A stretch of 64,000 bases of DNA from a virus. The position numbers and the translations under genes were made by a program. Positions 28,725-39,389 of this stretch are shown in pieces (position 1 is the first letter of the stretch; every line of letters starts with the position of its first letter). The DNA lies in the IMG/VR virus record IMGVR_UViG_3300046318_000491, positions 89,712 to 153,711 of that record; one strand, written 5' to 3'. A model generated the notes under the pieces. It was given only the letters and a program-made list of their open reading frames with translations, did not search any database and was not told where the DNA came from.

Positions 28725-31700
28725 CCGCGGTTCGCCCCCATTTCGACGACTTCGATGTGTTCATCGCCGTTTTGATCCATGTAGTAGACACCCAGCCCTG
28801 GGTCTCCACCGTCCAGAGCATCTAGCTCAACAATTTCTGCAACGCTACCTAGATAATCGCCGTCTTCACTATACCAAGCGTCACCGGTGTCCATAGATGC
28901 AACGTTTCCTACAACAGGGGCAGCTGGTGTTTGATCGTCAGCTGATACGCCACTGTTACCTAGGTACGGGACGGCTGGTGCCGGGTCAGCGTCATCGCCA
29001 TCGTCATCTGGGCTAACACCGGCAGAGCCGGCATCAGACTTACGACGCTCAACGTCTCCGAAGTCCACAACACTAGCGAGTGAAGGGAGGCCACGTGCAG
29101 CAATCATAGCTGCACCCTTAGGTGAAGGAATGTAGTCGGTCGGGGTTGAGTCCTCATTGTCGGTTCCAGTTAAACGGTCCATGTACTTGGTAGCAAGAAT
29201 ATTAGCTACGGTGCCATTAGCAAAGCGCACGCGAGCAGTATCCTGATACCCAGCTACAGAAGGGTTTAGAGCAATGATAGTACCGACAGATTCTTCACCC
29301 TGTGAGTTATAGTAGCGAACCTTGTCACCCTGCTCGATGATCGTGCGGCCATTTCTAGATGCCCATGGGCGACGCTGAATGTCTCGGAGGTCAAACCCTT
29401 CAGACATCAATTGCTTCTCTAGCACACTTGGCAACTGCGCAAATTTGGCTTGCTGCGGGTGACCAGAGTAGCGAGTCTTAATTCCAGACTTTAACTTATT
29501 GATTAGAAGACTACGCGAGCCTTCGTTGTCTGGTAGGTGGCCTAGTGCCTGAACCAAGGTCTGTAGAACCTGATCACCGTCAGTGTCATAGTCATTCTCT
29601 AGTACTTCCCAGAAATTCTGTAAGTAGTTCTTTAGAACAGATCCATAGGTCTTGCTGTTCTTTGCAAGGTTAAGCTCGCGTGGGCGACCTTCTAGGAATT
29701 TATCAACTAGCTCGTCTGGAGTTAGAAGCTTGAACGAGGTCTTAGTGTAATCCTCTGGAGTGAAGGCACGTCCAGCTGCAGACTTGTTGCGGAAGAAACG
29801 GACACGACGCTCTAAAGGCGACTTCTCTCCAAACCACTTACGTAGTTCCTCTGATTTAGGGTTTCCAGGAGTAGAACGGCCTAGAAGCTGGTCACGAAAT
29901 ACGTACAAACCATTCTTTTCGCCGAATAAGCCCTTGAAAGAGTCCTTGTAGTCGTAGTGGTAGAAGGTTTGCTCTTCGCCAGTAGCCAAGTCCTTGAACT
30001 TATAACGTTCCATAAACTTGTTGTCGAAAGTTCGCTCTACGGCTGTTTCGTACTGATATGTTTTACCGTCATTGTCAGTGAATTGGGAGCGCTCGATGAT
30101 GATAGCGTCGTCTGATCCAATAACTGCTTGAGGAAATTCTTCTAGCAAACCGTTGACGATTGCATCTGGATCTTCAGCCGGAACTGACTTTCCGTTCTTA
30201 ACCTGCATAAGAGGCTTACCATCTTCGCCGAATAGCGGGGTAATCTTTTTTGCGCGAAGCTCGTCCTGAGGGGTAATTCCAGGAGAAACGTACTGCCCCT
30301 TATCTGCGCGAGTCTTTTTTGCTGCCGCGATTGCACTGCCCTTAGGGGTTTTAGTTCCAGAAGGCTTAGTAGTGGTTCCGTCGCTGTTCTTAGTCCCCTG
30401 AGACTTAGCCTTAGCAACCTTAACCTTTGGAGCTGCTGGTGTCTTTGTTTTTGCAGCAGGAGCGGCAGGTGCTGATGGTGCTGTCGGGGCATTGTCTGGT
30501 ACCGCTGGCTGTGCAGCAGGTGCAGCAGGTGCAGCAGGTGCTGCATTGTCAGACGGGCGGTCAATGTTAGCCTGCTGGCTACGGCTGAAGGTTTCCATGC
30601 GAGTCTTGCCATCTTCATCAACAAAAGTGACTCGGGTGGCTGGTTTGCCGTTGAAGTCAACAGCATCGTTAGAGACCTTAGTTACATCACCGCGGAAGAT
30701 TCCGTTAGTGCTGTACAGCTTATCGCCATTTTTGACATCTGTAGCATTAATAAATTTAGATGTACCTGGAGCTGTAGGAACCGGAGCAGCTGGAGCGGTA
30801 TCTGCTGGCTTAGCCGCCTTGTTCGCGGTAGGCTTTGCTGGTGCAACATCCTGGTAGTCGGTGATAGCTTTAACTTCGTCATCATTGCTGATCTCTAGGT
30901 CGCGGCGGTTGCCCTTGTCATCTACCGCTGGGATATTGATAGCTGTCTGGTCCGAGTTCCAGTCTGCATCACCATCAAGCTTGAGGGTGTCAAGAGTCTT
31001 AGGGTCGATAATGTAGTCGCCCTTCTTAAGGTCAAGACCAAACTTGTACTCCTGCTGTAGGGGCTGAATGTTAAAGTCCCAACCAGAGCCCGCTGGAGCC
31101 TGAGCTGCATTAACTTTATTTAGAAGATCATCAAGACTAGGAACTTCGTCACCATAAGCAACATCTCCCATGATGTCTTTCACTATGTCATCAACCGAAC
31201 TGACGGGAGCTGCGTCAGGAGTAGTGGCACTTTCAGCTGGAAGAACATCCATGTCGCCATCAGCAAGATCTTTTATGTTGCTAGCAGGGACTTCTTTACC
31301 GCCAGCCGAGTCCCGACGCCATGTGTCAGGACCGGTCTTGGTGGCGGTAATCTCAGCGCCGCCCTTGCCGTCGGTGTTTACGCGGTCCTTAAGCTTTACA
31401 GTAGTACCTACTGGAGCTTCATCAATTGCCTTATCGTTGGCAGCCTTTCGAGCGTCGTACGCAGCTCCCGGGGCAGCAGCATCTCCAAGGTCATGACCAA
31501 TAAGCTTTGCAACCTCGTCTTGAGGCATAAGACCTTCTGCCCCCGGAGCAAGCTTCGCAAGAGGTGACTTGTCACGCTCGGACTGAATGGTTGCCTTCTG
31601 GTCATCGGTAGGAGCGTCAGTAGCAAGTTTGATATCTGACTCGGTTGCAGGACGACGGTTCATGTCCGCTATATCCTGAATGTCAGAGTCTAGGCGCTCG

Positions 31701-32068
31701 GTTGCGCTGGTAGCAGTCTTTTTAGTAATGCCCTGCTTCTTAAGAACTGAATCGGGAATAGAAGCGTCGAACTGCTCTGCATTGCGAGAGGTTACGTCGT
31801 AGATGTAGTAATTGCCGTCTGCTTCTTTTACAAGCTGGCGTGCATAACCTGCACGCTCTGAAGCACCGATGTAGACACCGCGCTGGTCTTGGACACTGCC
31901 GTCTGACATGCGGACCTTGGCTAGAAGGCCTCGACCCATCTCCATCCACTGGCCCTTGCCATCGCGGAGCTGGATTCGCCAAAAGCCCTTGTTAGCACCA
32001 TCGTTGAATCCGAGAGCTGTCGCTGCTGCGATAACGGCCTTTGACTTGAACTTGTCTAGATAAGACAT
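28715..32068 (-). CDS. Large head-associated (putative internal/ejected) protein
   Basis: 1117 aa between the portal/dps genes and the protease. N-terminal RIQLRDGKGQW motif; Pro/Ala-rich linkers between small domains. Confidence 0.65.
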   Translation of the reverse strand: MSYLDKFKSKAVIAAATALGFNDGANKGFWRIQLRDGKGQWMEMGRGLLAKVRMSDGSVQDQRGVYIGASERAGYARQLVKEADGNYYIYDVTSRNAEQFDASIPDSVLKKQGITKKTATSATERLDSDIQDIADMNRRPATESDIKLATDAPTDDQKATIQSERDKSPLAKLAPGAEGLMPQDEVAKLIGHDLGDAAAPGAAYDARKAANDKAIDEAPVGTTVKLKDRVNTDGKGGAEITATKTGPDTWRRDSAGGKEVPASNIKDLADGDMDVLPAESATTPDAAPVSSVDDIVKDIMGDVAYGDEVPSLDDLLNKVNAAQAPAGSGWDFNIQPLQQEYKFGLDLKKGDYIIDPKTLDTLKLDGDADWNSDQTAINIPAVDDKGNRRDLEISNDDEVKAITDYQDVAPAKPTANKAAKPADTAPAAPVPTAPGTSKFINATDVKNGDKLYSTNGIFRGDVTKVSNDAVDFNGKPATRVTFVDEDGKTRMETFSRSQQANIDRPSDNAAPAAPAAPAAQPAVPDNAPTAPSAPAAPAAKTKTPAAPKVKVAKAKSQGTKNSDGTTTKPSGTKTPKGSAIAAAKKTRADKGQYVSPGITPQDELRAKKITPLFGEDGKPLMQVKNGKSVPAEDPDAIVNGLLEEFPQAVIGSDDAIIIERSQFTDNDGKTYQYETAVERTFDNKFMERYKFKDLATGEEQTFYHYDYKDSFKGLFGEKNGLYVFRDQLLGRSTPGNPKSEELRKWFGEKSPLERRVRFFRNKSAAGRAFTPEDYTKTSFKLLTPDELVDKFLEGRPRELNLAKNSKTYGSVLKNYLQNFWEVLENDYDTDGDQVLQTLVQALGHLPDNEGSRSLLINKLKSGIKTRYSGHPQQAKFAQLPSVLEKQLMSEGFDLRDIQRRPWASRNGRTIIEQGDKVRYYNSQGEESVGTIIALNPSVAGYQDTARVRFANGTVANILATKYMDRLTGTDNEDSTPTDYIPSPKGAAMIAARGLPSLASVVDFGDVERRKSDAGSAGVSPDDDGDDADPAPAVPYLGNSGVSADDQTPAAPVVGNVASMDTGDAWYSEDGDYLGSVAEIVELDALDGGDPGLGVYYMDQNGDEHIEVVEMGANRGPK

Positions 32069-32167
32069 AAGTATCCTTCTGTTGATACTGAAAACTAAGA
32101 TAAGGTTAGCGCAAGAAAACGCCTATTAAAAGTTTACAGAACGTTGAGCCATGCTATTTGCTTAGGT

Positions 32168-32205
32168 AAAAAGAAACCCACCACGGAAGAAGTGGTGGGG
32201 TCTTT
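32168..32205 (-). terminator. Intrinsic terminator after dps
   Basis: CCACCAC/GTGGTGG stem followed by a U-rich tract on the minus strand. Confidence 0.65.
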
Positions 32206-32213
32206 AATTAGTT

Positions 32214-32705
32214 CTAGCGCATCCCTAGCGTGGCTTTTAGCTGCCAGGTCCACTTGCTGTAGATGTCTAGAAGCTCTGCCGCGTAGTTTGCAATCTGCTG
32301 AGCATCTAGGGCATTAGCGATATCAAATAGCTTAGATGCCTCTGATGCAAGAGTTGAGTTGACCATGAGCAGCGACCCAAGCATTGCCTTGGCGTCACCA
32401 CCGTTGATTCGTTCCTCCTTGATGCAGGAGATTTCGCAGAAGTCAGTTAGTAGGTAAGGGGCATCGAATCCATTTACAAGTAGGTACTCGGCTAGCTTGT
32501 CGATAGTACCGTCAAAGCTTTCGTAGATCTCTGCAAAAAATTCGTGAAACTGAGTGAACTCCGGGCCCATGACATTCCAGTGATACCCGTGAGCCAAGAA
32601 CTTGGCGGTTACGTTATCTGAAAGAAGGTGAGCTAGCTGGAACCCTAGTTCTTCTTTAGTAGGGCCTGCCATTTCGGCAGCATCTACTACGGTCATGTTT
32701 TCCAT
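32214..32705 (-). CDS. dps: Dps / ferritin-like DNA-protecting protein
   Basis: HGYHWNVMGPEFTQFHEFFAEIY..DKLAE ferroxidase signature; C-terminal K..WQL. Confidence 0.9.
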   Translation of the reverse strand: MENMTVVDAAEMAGPTKEELGFQLAHLLSDNVTAKFLAHGYHWNVMGPEFTQFHEFFAEIYESFDGTIDKLAEYLLVNGFDAPYLLTDFCEISCIKEERINGGDAKAMLGSLLMVNSTLASEASKLFDIANALDAQQIANYAAELLDIYSKWTWQLKATLGMR

Positions 32706-32706
32706 A

Positions 32707-34440
32707 TTATGCCTCTGGTTCTGCTAGGGGTGGGGCTGCGCTAGGTGCAATAGGTTCAGCTGGGGCTGCCTCGGTAGGCTGCCCGCCCTGAAGTAGCTGA
32801 TCGATCTCTGGTGACATAGGAGCAACAGAATTAGCCTGCTGATTTTCCTTTACCAACTTGATAATCTCCGGTGCGACCGCAGCCAAAAGGTTCTCGGTGA
32901 ACTCCGGGGTAATAGCTCCCTTACTCACAACTAGGCGCATTGCAAGTTCATTAGGAGTCGGAGCATCCTGATCCGAGAATCCGTGAGCACGACGCCAAGT
33001 ATCAAAGCTGACGGCCATCTTATCAAAACCAGCATCAGCATCTGCAGCACGGTCGTTACGAGTAGCAACGTGCGATGGGTCATACCAAATCTGAATTCGG
33101 TTAACGTCTACATCTTCATAACCTAGCGACTTCAAGTATGGTCGCATGTAGACAACAGTCAGTGCGTCAACAATGAGTAGCATCAGAGGCTCGATGTGCG
33201 CCTTGTAGAGGGCTTCGTCGATCTGAAGAGCGTTAGAGTACTTAACGTTTGCTAGGCCCGTCACGACGTCCTTAGGGACGTCTAGACCCTGCATGATGCG
33301 CTCTAGTACACGGTCGGCACGAGAGACAAGCGAGTCGTCGAATGAACGCTCGAACTTGAACTGCTTGATCTTGTCGCCAAGTTCTGCAGGACCGCGGATG
33401 ATAAGTGGAACAACGGCGCTCGCTGAGTCCTCGTCCTTAATCGGAGTGGTCATTGCATCGATGAGCTGATCTTCAAAGTCGTCAGCAGCTTCTTCGGTAT
33501 TGTAGAGCTCGTTGTATTCGCCATCTTCATCGTACGGGTAGTCCGGGTCTGGAGATGCTGCCACTGATAGACCGTCTGGCAAGTAAAGAGCACCAGCGTT
33601 GAGGCGCGAACGTGCAGTTGCACGGAAGGTACGGTTTAGAAGTAGAAGCTCAGCGCAGAGATCGAGTAGGCCTCGTAGTGAAGAGTCCGCTTCCATAGAG
33701 TAGCGAGGGTGTGCCTTCCAGATACGTCCGATAAACGCGTCCTTAGGTAGGCGAAGAGCATTCTTAGAGGCAGTCATTGAAGAGCTGCCACCAACATCAC
33801 GAATAGGGTTAATAACGTACTGACCCTTCGCATCAACCTGCAGCTCGTCAACTGAGCGCATGTCCCAGGTCTCTGGCAGCCCTGAGCCGATACGCTCTGG
33901 AATCTGAACTAGGTAGCACTCGCCAGTAACCTGTAGGTTTAGAGCTGCATCTTTAAGAAGGCCAGCCTGGCCTCCGTAAGCTGAGTCAAGACGAGCAAGC
34001 GCACGCTGAGCAGCAGATGCAATGTCTTTTTCTAAGGTCTCTGACTTGTCAATAGGAATTGGAGCTTCGGCAGGGTCATCTACAACAGCAGCGTAAAGGC
34101 GGATGCGAGATACCACAGACGCAACAAGATTGAACGCATATTTCACCTCTCCAATGGCATCGTAGTATTCCCAAGCTTCTGTCTGCCATGAGCCAGCAGC
34201 CCCTTGACGGCGAGCCTTGAAGCGTTCGGCCTCTGTCTTGTCATCCATCTTTACCTGAACTGCAGCAGCAGTCAGAGGTCGTGCAGAATTAAAAGGAGCA
34301 GCCTCGGCATAAACAAGACCGAAAGAATCTACAGAGATTCCAGGTGCAATAGGGGTGGCACTACGTGGAGCAGACGCTCGTAGGCCAGTCGCGCTACGGC
34401 GCTGGCCTTCGTTCTTTGGGGTACGTTTAAAAATTCCCAA
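32707..34440 (-). CDS. Portal protein
   Basis: 577 aa downstream of terL. WQ.EAW.YYD.IGE motif and R...GLD.P.DV..G as in cluster B-like portals. Confidence 0.85.
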   Translation of the reverse strand: MGIFKRTPKNEGQRRSATGLRASAPRSATPIAPGISVDSFGLVYAEAAPFNSARPLTAAAVQVKMDDKTEAERFKARRQGAAGSWQTEAWEYYDAIGEVKYAFNLVASVVSRIRLYAAVVDDPAEAPIPIDKSETLEKDIASAAQRALARLDSAYGGQAGLLKDAALNLQVTGECYLVQIPERIGSGLPETWDMRSVDELQVDAKGQYVINPIRDVGGSSSMTASKNALRLPKDAFIGRIWKAHPRYSMEADSSLRGLLDLCAELLLLNRTFRATARSRLNAGALYLPDGLSVAASPDPDYPYDEDGEYNELYNTEEAADDFEDQLIDAMTTPIKDEDSASAVVPLIIRGPAELGDKIKQFKFERSFDDSLVSRADRVLERIMQGLDVPKDVVTGLANVKYSNALQIDEALYKAHIEPLMLLIVDALTVVYMRPYLKSLGYEDVDVNRIQIWYDPSHVATRNDRAADADAGFDKMAVSFDTWRRAHGFSDQDAPTPNELAMRLVVSKGAITPEFTENLLAAVAPEIIKLVKENQQANSVAPMSPEIDQLLQGGQPTEAAPAEPIAPSAAPPLAEPEA

Positions 34441-34452
34441 GGGGTCTCCCTG

Positions 34453-34752
34453 TTAGTCGAGACGTGTCGCGATAACCCCAACGATTGCTGAGATAGACAA
34501 CACTAATGATACCACATACGCAAGTAGCGGGACTACTAGGAAGAGTCCTACAAGAAAAAGTGTAGCCCAAATACTCATGCACCAGTTGCAGGTGAATAGA
34601 TATCCTAGTTTTGTTTCTGGTGAATATTTTTTCCAGACCTTTTCACGCAGCGGTTCTAGAATTACATCAGTGGTTAGTAGTCGAGTTAGTCGATATGAAG
34701 CCAAAACCATGATGATGTATGTAAAAAAAGTTACTTCAGTTACTGGTGTCAT
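34453..34752 (-). CDS. Small membrane protein (DUF1360-like)
   Basis: LASYRLTRLL..D.I..PLR...LFTCNWCMSIW plus transmembrane helices. Confidence 0.7.
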   Translation of the reverse strand: MTPVTEVTFFTYIIMVLASYRLTRLLTTDVILEPLREKVWKKYSPETKLGYLFTCNWCMSIWATLFLVGLFLVVPLLAYVVSLVLSISAIVGVIATRLD

Positions 34753-35112
34753 CTAGTCTCTCATCGATGTGATTGTTTTGTAAGCATTCCAGCTTCGAAG
34801 GCGGGATCCGCACCCGCAGTTGGTGTCCTTTTTGAATGCTAGCATCTTTCCGGTCTCAGTCACAACGCGGTAATCGCCTTTTTTATGCATCGGCGGTAAG
34901 AATTCAGTATATTTTTCACGAAAAATGATCTGTGCACCGTCCGGCGAGTCTTGAGCGACAACAATTAGCTCGTCTGTGACTACAACACGCGTTGTTGCGA
35001 TGTAGTGAGCCCCTTCAGTGGCTGGAGCGGAGGTCAAAGACGTAACATCGTCAGTAAAATCGGCTGAAACTACCGCCAAGTGAGCTGGAAATATATCTAC
35101 AAGTACTTTCAT
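34753..35112 (-). CDS. Hypothetical protein with C-terminal CGCGS motif
   Basis: 119 aa, coupled to terL. Confidence 0.65.
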   Translation of the reverse strand: MKVLVDIFPAHLAVVSADFTDDVTSLTSAPATEGAHYIATTRVVVTDELIVVAQDSPDGAQIIFREKYTEFLPPMHKKGDYRVVTETGKMLAFKKDTNCGCGSRLRSWNAYKTITSMRD

Positions 35113-36524
35113 CGGACTCTGAATGTCCCGCCACGGCCAGGAGAGCCCCTTCCGGTAGTAGGAAGACCGATTTTTCGGTCTCCCATGCTCTTTGCGCGGA
35201 TTTTTCCACCCGAAAAGCCCGGTGGTGGCTTAATTAGCAGTGCTGTAAGGCCATGAACAAGAGCATCAACGCGGTCAGGTGATTTACCCTCTCCAGGTAC
35301 CCAAGAAATCATCTGAGACTCTAAATCAGCCAAAAATCCAACGTGGTGAACGCGATTTTGCTCGTAAGCTAGGGTAATTGGCTCTGCTCGGAGTGCTTTT
35401 CCTTGCTTGGAGTGGACTTCAAGTACTTTAATTGTAGGGTCGATGGTGTTGATCGCGTTGCGTACAAGAGCACCGCCCTGATTAACTTCTGCAACAACGG
35501 GACAACCCCACTTTCGCGCCATTTGAACAACTTTATTGGCCCAAACGTCGGGCGAACCGTGTACTGAAGCGTCTTCAAGCACCCAGGCCTGTCGCTTATA
35601 TAGATCATGCTCTGCAGTAGACGCTACGACGACTATACCACACTCATCGCGAGGGTTTTCGGCAACAGATGGGTCAACACCGATACAGCGTAGAGGTGTA
35701 TTTAGTGGGTAGAAGCCCTCACGTCCAGATTCGATAGATTCTTCGGTCCAGAGAGCACCTTCCATGGCCTCAAGCATTTCACCATAAAGCTCCTGACGGG
35801 CAAGAGAGGTTCCCTGGTATACGCCAAGCATCGTGTCAAGGTACGCGCCGGCCAAGTTACCAGCGTTATCCATGGTAGAACCACGAGTAATTTTTACAAT
35901 GTCACCTTTTAGCGACTCTTCAATGAGCTTATACAGAAGCGGGGTACGCTTTGGCGTGGTAGTTACAAGAATCTGTGGGTTCATACCAAGACGAGTACCA
36001 ACGCGAAGGTTGTCGAACGCGGTCATGCCTGCAGCATCTGGAGTTTGACGCCAAGCTGCGATCTCATCGCCCCATGCGTGAGTAAACTGAGGACCACGGA
36101 GTGAGTCAGGTTCATCGGCGGTGAAAAGGGAAGCGGTGTTTCCATTAGGCCAAGTTAGACGACGCTTTGATGGCTCATAGAGTGGACGTTCAGATGGAGG
36201 AGTAACGTTTAGAACGCCAGACTCACCTTCAACGATAACGTCACGCACGTCTGCAGCGGTACGAGCAACGAGACCGAAGCGACGCTGACCAGTGTTAGTG
36301 TATTTGGCTTGCTCTCTCACCCATTCGGAGGCTAAGCGAGTCTTACCAAAACCACGACCTGCAAGTACAAGCCAAACGTTCCAATCGCCAGCGGGAGCTT
36401 GCTGCTCCGGACGACCCCAGACAGACCAGTCCCAAAGTAGGACCTCGGGATCCATGCCAGCTAAAGCTTCGGCTCTTTCGTCAGGAGGAAGCTCCGAGAG
36501 CTGCTCCATAATACTTTTACCCAT
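35109..36524 (-). CDS. terL: Terminase large subunit
   Basis: Walker A AGRGFGKT, Walker B WGDE, TTTP motif, nuclease motifs GVDP and SPDRVDA. Confidence 0.95.
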   Translation of the reverse strand: MGKSIMEQLSELPPDERAEALAGMDPEVLLWDWSVWGRPEQQAPAGDWNVWLVLAGRGFGKTRLASEWVREQAKYTNTGQRRFGLVARTAADVRDVIVEGESGVLNVTPPSERPLYEPSKRRLTWPNGNTASLFTADEPDSLRGPQFTHAWGDEIAAWRQTPDAAGMTAFDNLRVGTRLGMNPQILVTTTPKRTPLLYKLIEESLKGDIVKITRGSTMDNAGNLAGAYLDTMLGVYQGTSLARQELYGEMLEAMEGALWTEESIESGREGFYPLNTPLRCIGVDPSVAENPRDECGIVVVASTAEHDLYKRQAWVLEDASVHGSPDVWANKVVQMARKWGCPVVAEVNQGGALVRNAINTIDPTIKVLEVHSKQGKALRAEPITLAYEQNRVHHVGFLADLESQMISWVPGEGKSPDRVDALVHGLTALLIKPPPGFSGGKIRAKSMGDRKIGLPTTGRGSPGRGGTFRVR

Positions 36525-36545
36525 TGTTTTATCTTACCCTATAAG

Positions 36546-36569
36546 AAAACCCCCGCTTGCACGGGGGCT
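36546..36569 (-). terminator. Terminator after katG
   Basis: CCCCCG/CGGGGG stem plus U tract on the minus strand. Confidence 0.65.
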
Positions 36570-36581
36570 ATCTTATTTGTT

Positions 36582-38789
36582 TTAGGAATCAAACCGATCC
36601 GCGGTCATAACCTTGATCCACACATCGAGGAAGCTGAGAACAAAGTCCTCGTTTGCATCATCCGAAGCAAAAACTTCAGCGATTGCACGTAGAACAGAGT
36701 TCGACGCGAAGACTAGGTCAGCGCGAGTTGCTGTCCACTTACGTTCGCCATTCTTGTAGGCGTGTGAACCGTAGATACCAGGCTGTCCAGCCTTAGGTGC
36801 CCAAGCGATGTCGTTGCTTAATAGATTGCGGAAGTACGAGTTGTCTAGAACTCCAGGGGTGTCGGTTAGAACACCGTGAGTTGAGTCACCATGGGTTACA
36901 CCTAGAACTCGAAGACCGCCAACAAGAACTGTCATCTCTGTAGGAGTCAATCCTAGTAGAGCCGCCTTCTCGATTAGTAGACGTTCTGCAACATCCTCGT
37001 TACCAGGTGCCCAGTTGCGGAAACCATCCGCGATTGGACGTAGGTGCTCGAATGATTCGATATCTGTCTGTTCCTGAAGAGCGTCTCCACGTTCAAATGA
37101 AAGCGTAAATGGCACGTGAACCGGAACTCCACCAAGCTTAGCTGCCTGACTTACTGCGTAGCTGCCAGCGTAGACAATGAGGTCTGCTAGAGAGATATCT
37201 CGAGCGCCACTTGCAACCGAGTTCAAAGTCATCTGAAGCGTGCGAAGTGTATTGAGGGTCTTCTCTAGCTTCTCTGGCTCGTTAACTTCCCAGCTACGCT
37301 GAGGCTCTAGTGCAATACGTGCACCGTTAGCTCCACCGCGCTTATCAGTGTTGCGGAAGGTTGAAGCAGATGCCCATGCAGTCTTAACTAGCTCGGGGAT
37401 TGTCAACCAACCATCGTGCAGGTGGGCAGCTAGAAGGTCATCAAGAACCGCCCAAGATTCCCAGGACATGTCTGTCTCTGACAATGGAATTGGATCCTGC
37501 CAGATTAGAACTTCTCCTGGAACTTCTGCACCGTGGTAGCGAGATATCGGTCCCATGTCACGGTGAGTCAGCTTGAACCATGCGCGTGCGAATACGTCTG
37601 AGAAGTAGTCGAAGTCCTCTAGGAACTTGCGTGAGATGCGGTCGTACTCTTCATCGCCAAAGCGTAGTGCTAGGTCGGTGGTGAGCATGCGGATCTCGAC
37701 GAAGTCGTCCTTATGGGCGTGAGGAGCTAGATGGATTTCATCAGCTACCGGACGCCACTGCTTAGCCCCTGCAGGAGATTCTTCAAGCTCCCACTTATCA
37801 TAGCCATAGACCATCTCTAGGTAGCTATTGTCCCACTTTGTCGGGGTTGGGGTCCAAGTAACTTCAAGTCCAGAAGAGATAGCGTCCTCTGAGTGACCCT
37901 TGCCCTGTGAGTTTGCCCAGCCGAAACCAGCCTGGTGCAAGTCTGCACCTTCTGGCTCCTTGCCAACCTGGTTCGCTGAACCTGCACCGTGAGTCTTACC
38001 GAAAGCGTGACCACCTGCAATAAGCGCCACGGTCTCTTCGTCGTTCATCGCCATGCGCTTGAAGGTCTCACGGATGTCAGCGGCAGCAGCCTTAAAGTCT
38101 GGGTTGCCGTCTGGGCCCTCTGGGTTCACATAGATAAGGCCCATCTGTACAGCTGCAAGAGGGTTCTCTAGAGTGCTAGCTTCGCGTGACTCGTCGTAAC
38201 GCTTGTTGGTTAGCCACTCGGTCTCTGAACCCCAATAAGTGTTATCTGGTTCCCAAACATCGGCACGTCCTCCGGCAAAACCGAAAGTCTTGAAGCCCAT
38301 GTCTTCGAGTGCAACGTTACCGGCAAGGATCATTAGGTCAGCCCAAGAGATCTTCTTGCCGTACTTCTGCTTGATTGGCCACATCAAACGACGCGCCTTA
38401 TCGAGGTTTACGTTGTCAGGCCAGCTGTTGAGAGGGGCAAAACGCTGGAGGCCCTGACCTGCACCACCGCGGCCATCTGAGGTGCGGTAGGTTCCGGCTG
38501 AGTGCCAAGCCATGCGAATAAATAGTGGGCCGTAGTGTCCGTAGTCTGCCGGCCACCAAGGCTGAGAGTCGTGCATTACTGCAACAATGTCTGCCTTAAC
38601 TGCATCTAGGTCTAGAGTCTTGAACTCTTCAACATAGTTGAAGCTCGGGTCCATGGGATTACTTAGCGGCGAGTTGTGTAGTAGTGAGCCAACACTTAGC
38701 TGGTTTGGCCACCACTTCTTTGCAGCGGTTTCTGGTGATGCGCTTGCCGTCAACCCGTGCGGGATTGGGCACTTTACGTCTTCTGTCAT
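36582..38789 (-). CDS. katG: Catalase-peroxidase
   Basis: Full-length 735 aa. [31 protein letters not shown] and second-domain motifs; ends DRFD. Confidence 0.97.
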   Translation of the reverse strand: MTEDVKCPIPHGLTASASPETAAKKWWPNQLSVGSLLHNSPLSNPMDPSFNYVEEFKTLDLDAVKADIVAVMHDSQPWWPADYGHYGPLFIRMAWHSAGTYRTSDGRGGAGQGLQRFAPLNSWPDNVNLDKARRLMWPIKQKYGKKISWADLMILAGNVALEDMGFKTFGFAGGRADVWEPDNTYWGSETEWLTNKRYDESREASTLENPLAAVQMGLIYVNPEGPDGNPDFKAAAADIRETFKRMAMNDEETVALIAGGHAFGKTHGAGSANQVGKEPEGADLHQAGFGWANSQGKGHSEDAISSGLEVTWTPTPTKWDNSYLEMVYGYDKWELEESPAGAKQWRPVADEIHLAPHAHKDDFVEIRMLTTDLALRFGDEEYDRISRKFLEDFDYFSDVFARAWFKLTHRDMGPISRYHGAEVPGEVLIWQDPIPLSETDMSWESWAVLDDLLAAHLHDGWLTIPELVKTAWASASTFRNTDKRGGANGARIALEPQRSWEVNEPEKLEKTLNTLRTLQMTLNSVASGARDISLADLIVYAGSYAVSQAAKLGGVPVHVPFTLSFERGDALQEQTDIESFEHLRPIADGFRNWAPGNEDVAERLLIEKAALLGLTPTEMTVLVGGLRVLGVTHGDSTHGVLTDTPGVLDNSYFRNLLSNDIAWAPKAGQPGIYGSHAYKNGERKWTATRADLVFASNSVLRAIAEVFASDDANEDFVLSFLDVWIKVMTADRFDS

Positions 38790-39001
38790 TATGCTCCTAG
38801 TATAAGAACTACTGCGTCAGCAATTAGTTCGGCTTGCTTGATCTGCTTCTCTTCTTCTGAAACGTACCAACCGCCAACAACAGTCGGGGTAATGTCGGTA
38901 TAGGTGCCATCAGTTTTAGCTTTTGTGATAGACGCCACTAGGAAAGCAAATTTTGCTTCCTGTAGGTCTAGATCATATAAATCAAGTAGATTTTTCGACA
39001 T
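38789..39001 (-). CDS. Hypothetical protein
   Basis: 70 aa, coupled to katG (TAATG). Confidence 0.6.
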   Translation of the reverse strand: MSKNLLDLYDLDLQEAKFAFLVASITKAKTDGTYTDITPTVVGGWYVSEEEKQIKQAELIADAVVLILGA

Positions 39002-39003
39002 TT

Positions 39004-39387
39004 TTATTCCCCTCCTTCGATCTGGTTTGCAGCTTCAGTAGCAGCTAGAGCAGCGGCATCCTGAGCCTTGTTTGCAAGAACGGATTCGGTGATGTCGTTC
39101 CAGCCGTTTTCCTGATCCCTAGGGCCAAAGAATGTTTCTAAGGTAGTTAGCAAAATGCCCTGAGCCTCGTCGCGAGAGGCTTCATCGTTTGCCTGAACCT
39201 CGGCACGAAGTTCCTTATGCTCTTCAAAGATATCAATGAAGGCTACTGCTCCTGAAGAAAAGTGGACGCTATTACCGGCAACAGAACCAACACCTGCTTC
39301 TTTAAGATTTGTAAGGATTTTGATCTTTGACTTCTCTAGGTCAAGTTCGGTGTTGACGCCAAGGATGCTGTATAGGTTGAAGCTCAT
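39004..39387 (-). CDS. Hypothetical protein
   Basis: 127 aa in the operon. Confidence 0.65.
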   Translation of the reverse strand: MSFNLYSILGVNTELDLEKSKIKILTNLKEAGVGSVAGNSVHFSSGAVAFIDIFEEHKELRAEVQANDEASRDEAQGILLTTLETFFGPRDQENGWNDITESVLANKAQDAAALAATEAANQIEGGE

Positions 39388-39389
39388 TA

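Noticed and set aside
30512-30546. 9-bp tandem repeats
   Set aside because: They encode a Pro-Ala-Ala linker.
36582-38789. katG as a sign of flanking host chromosome (prophage edge)
   Set aside because: It is coupled to phage-like ORFs on the same strand, with phage genes on both sides and no other housekeeping genes.
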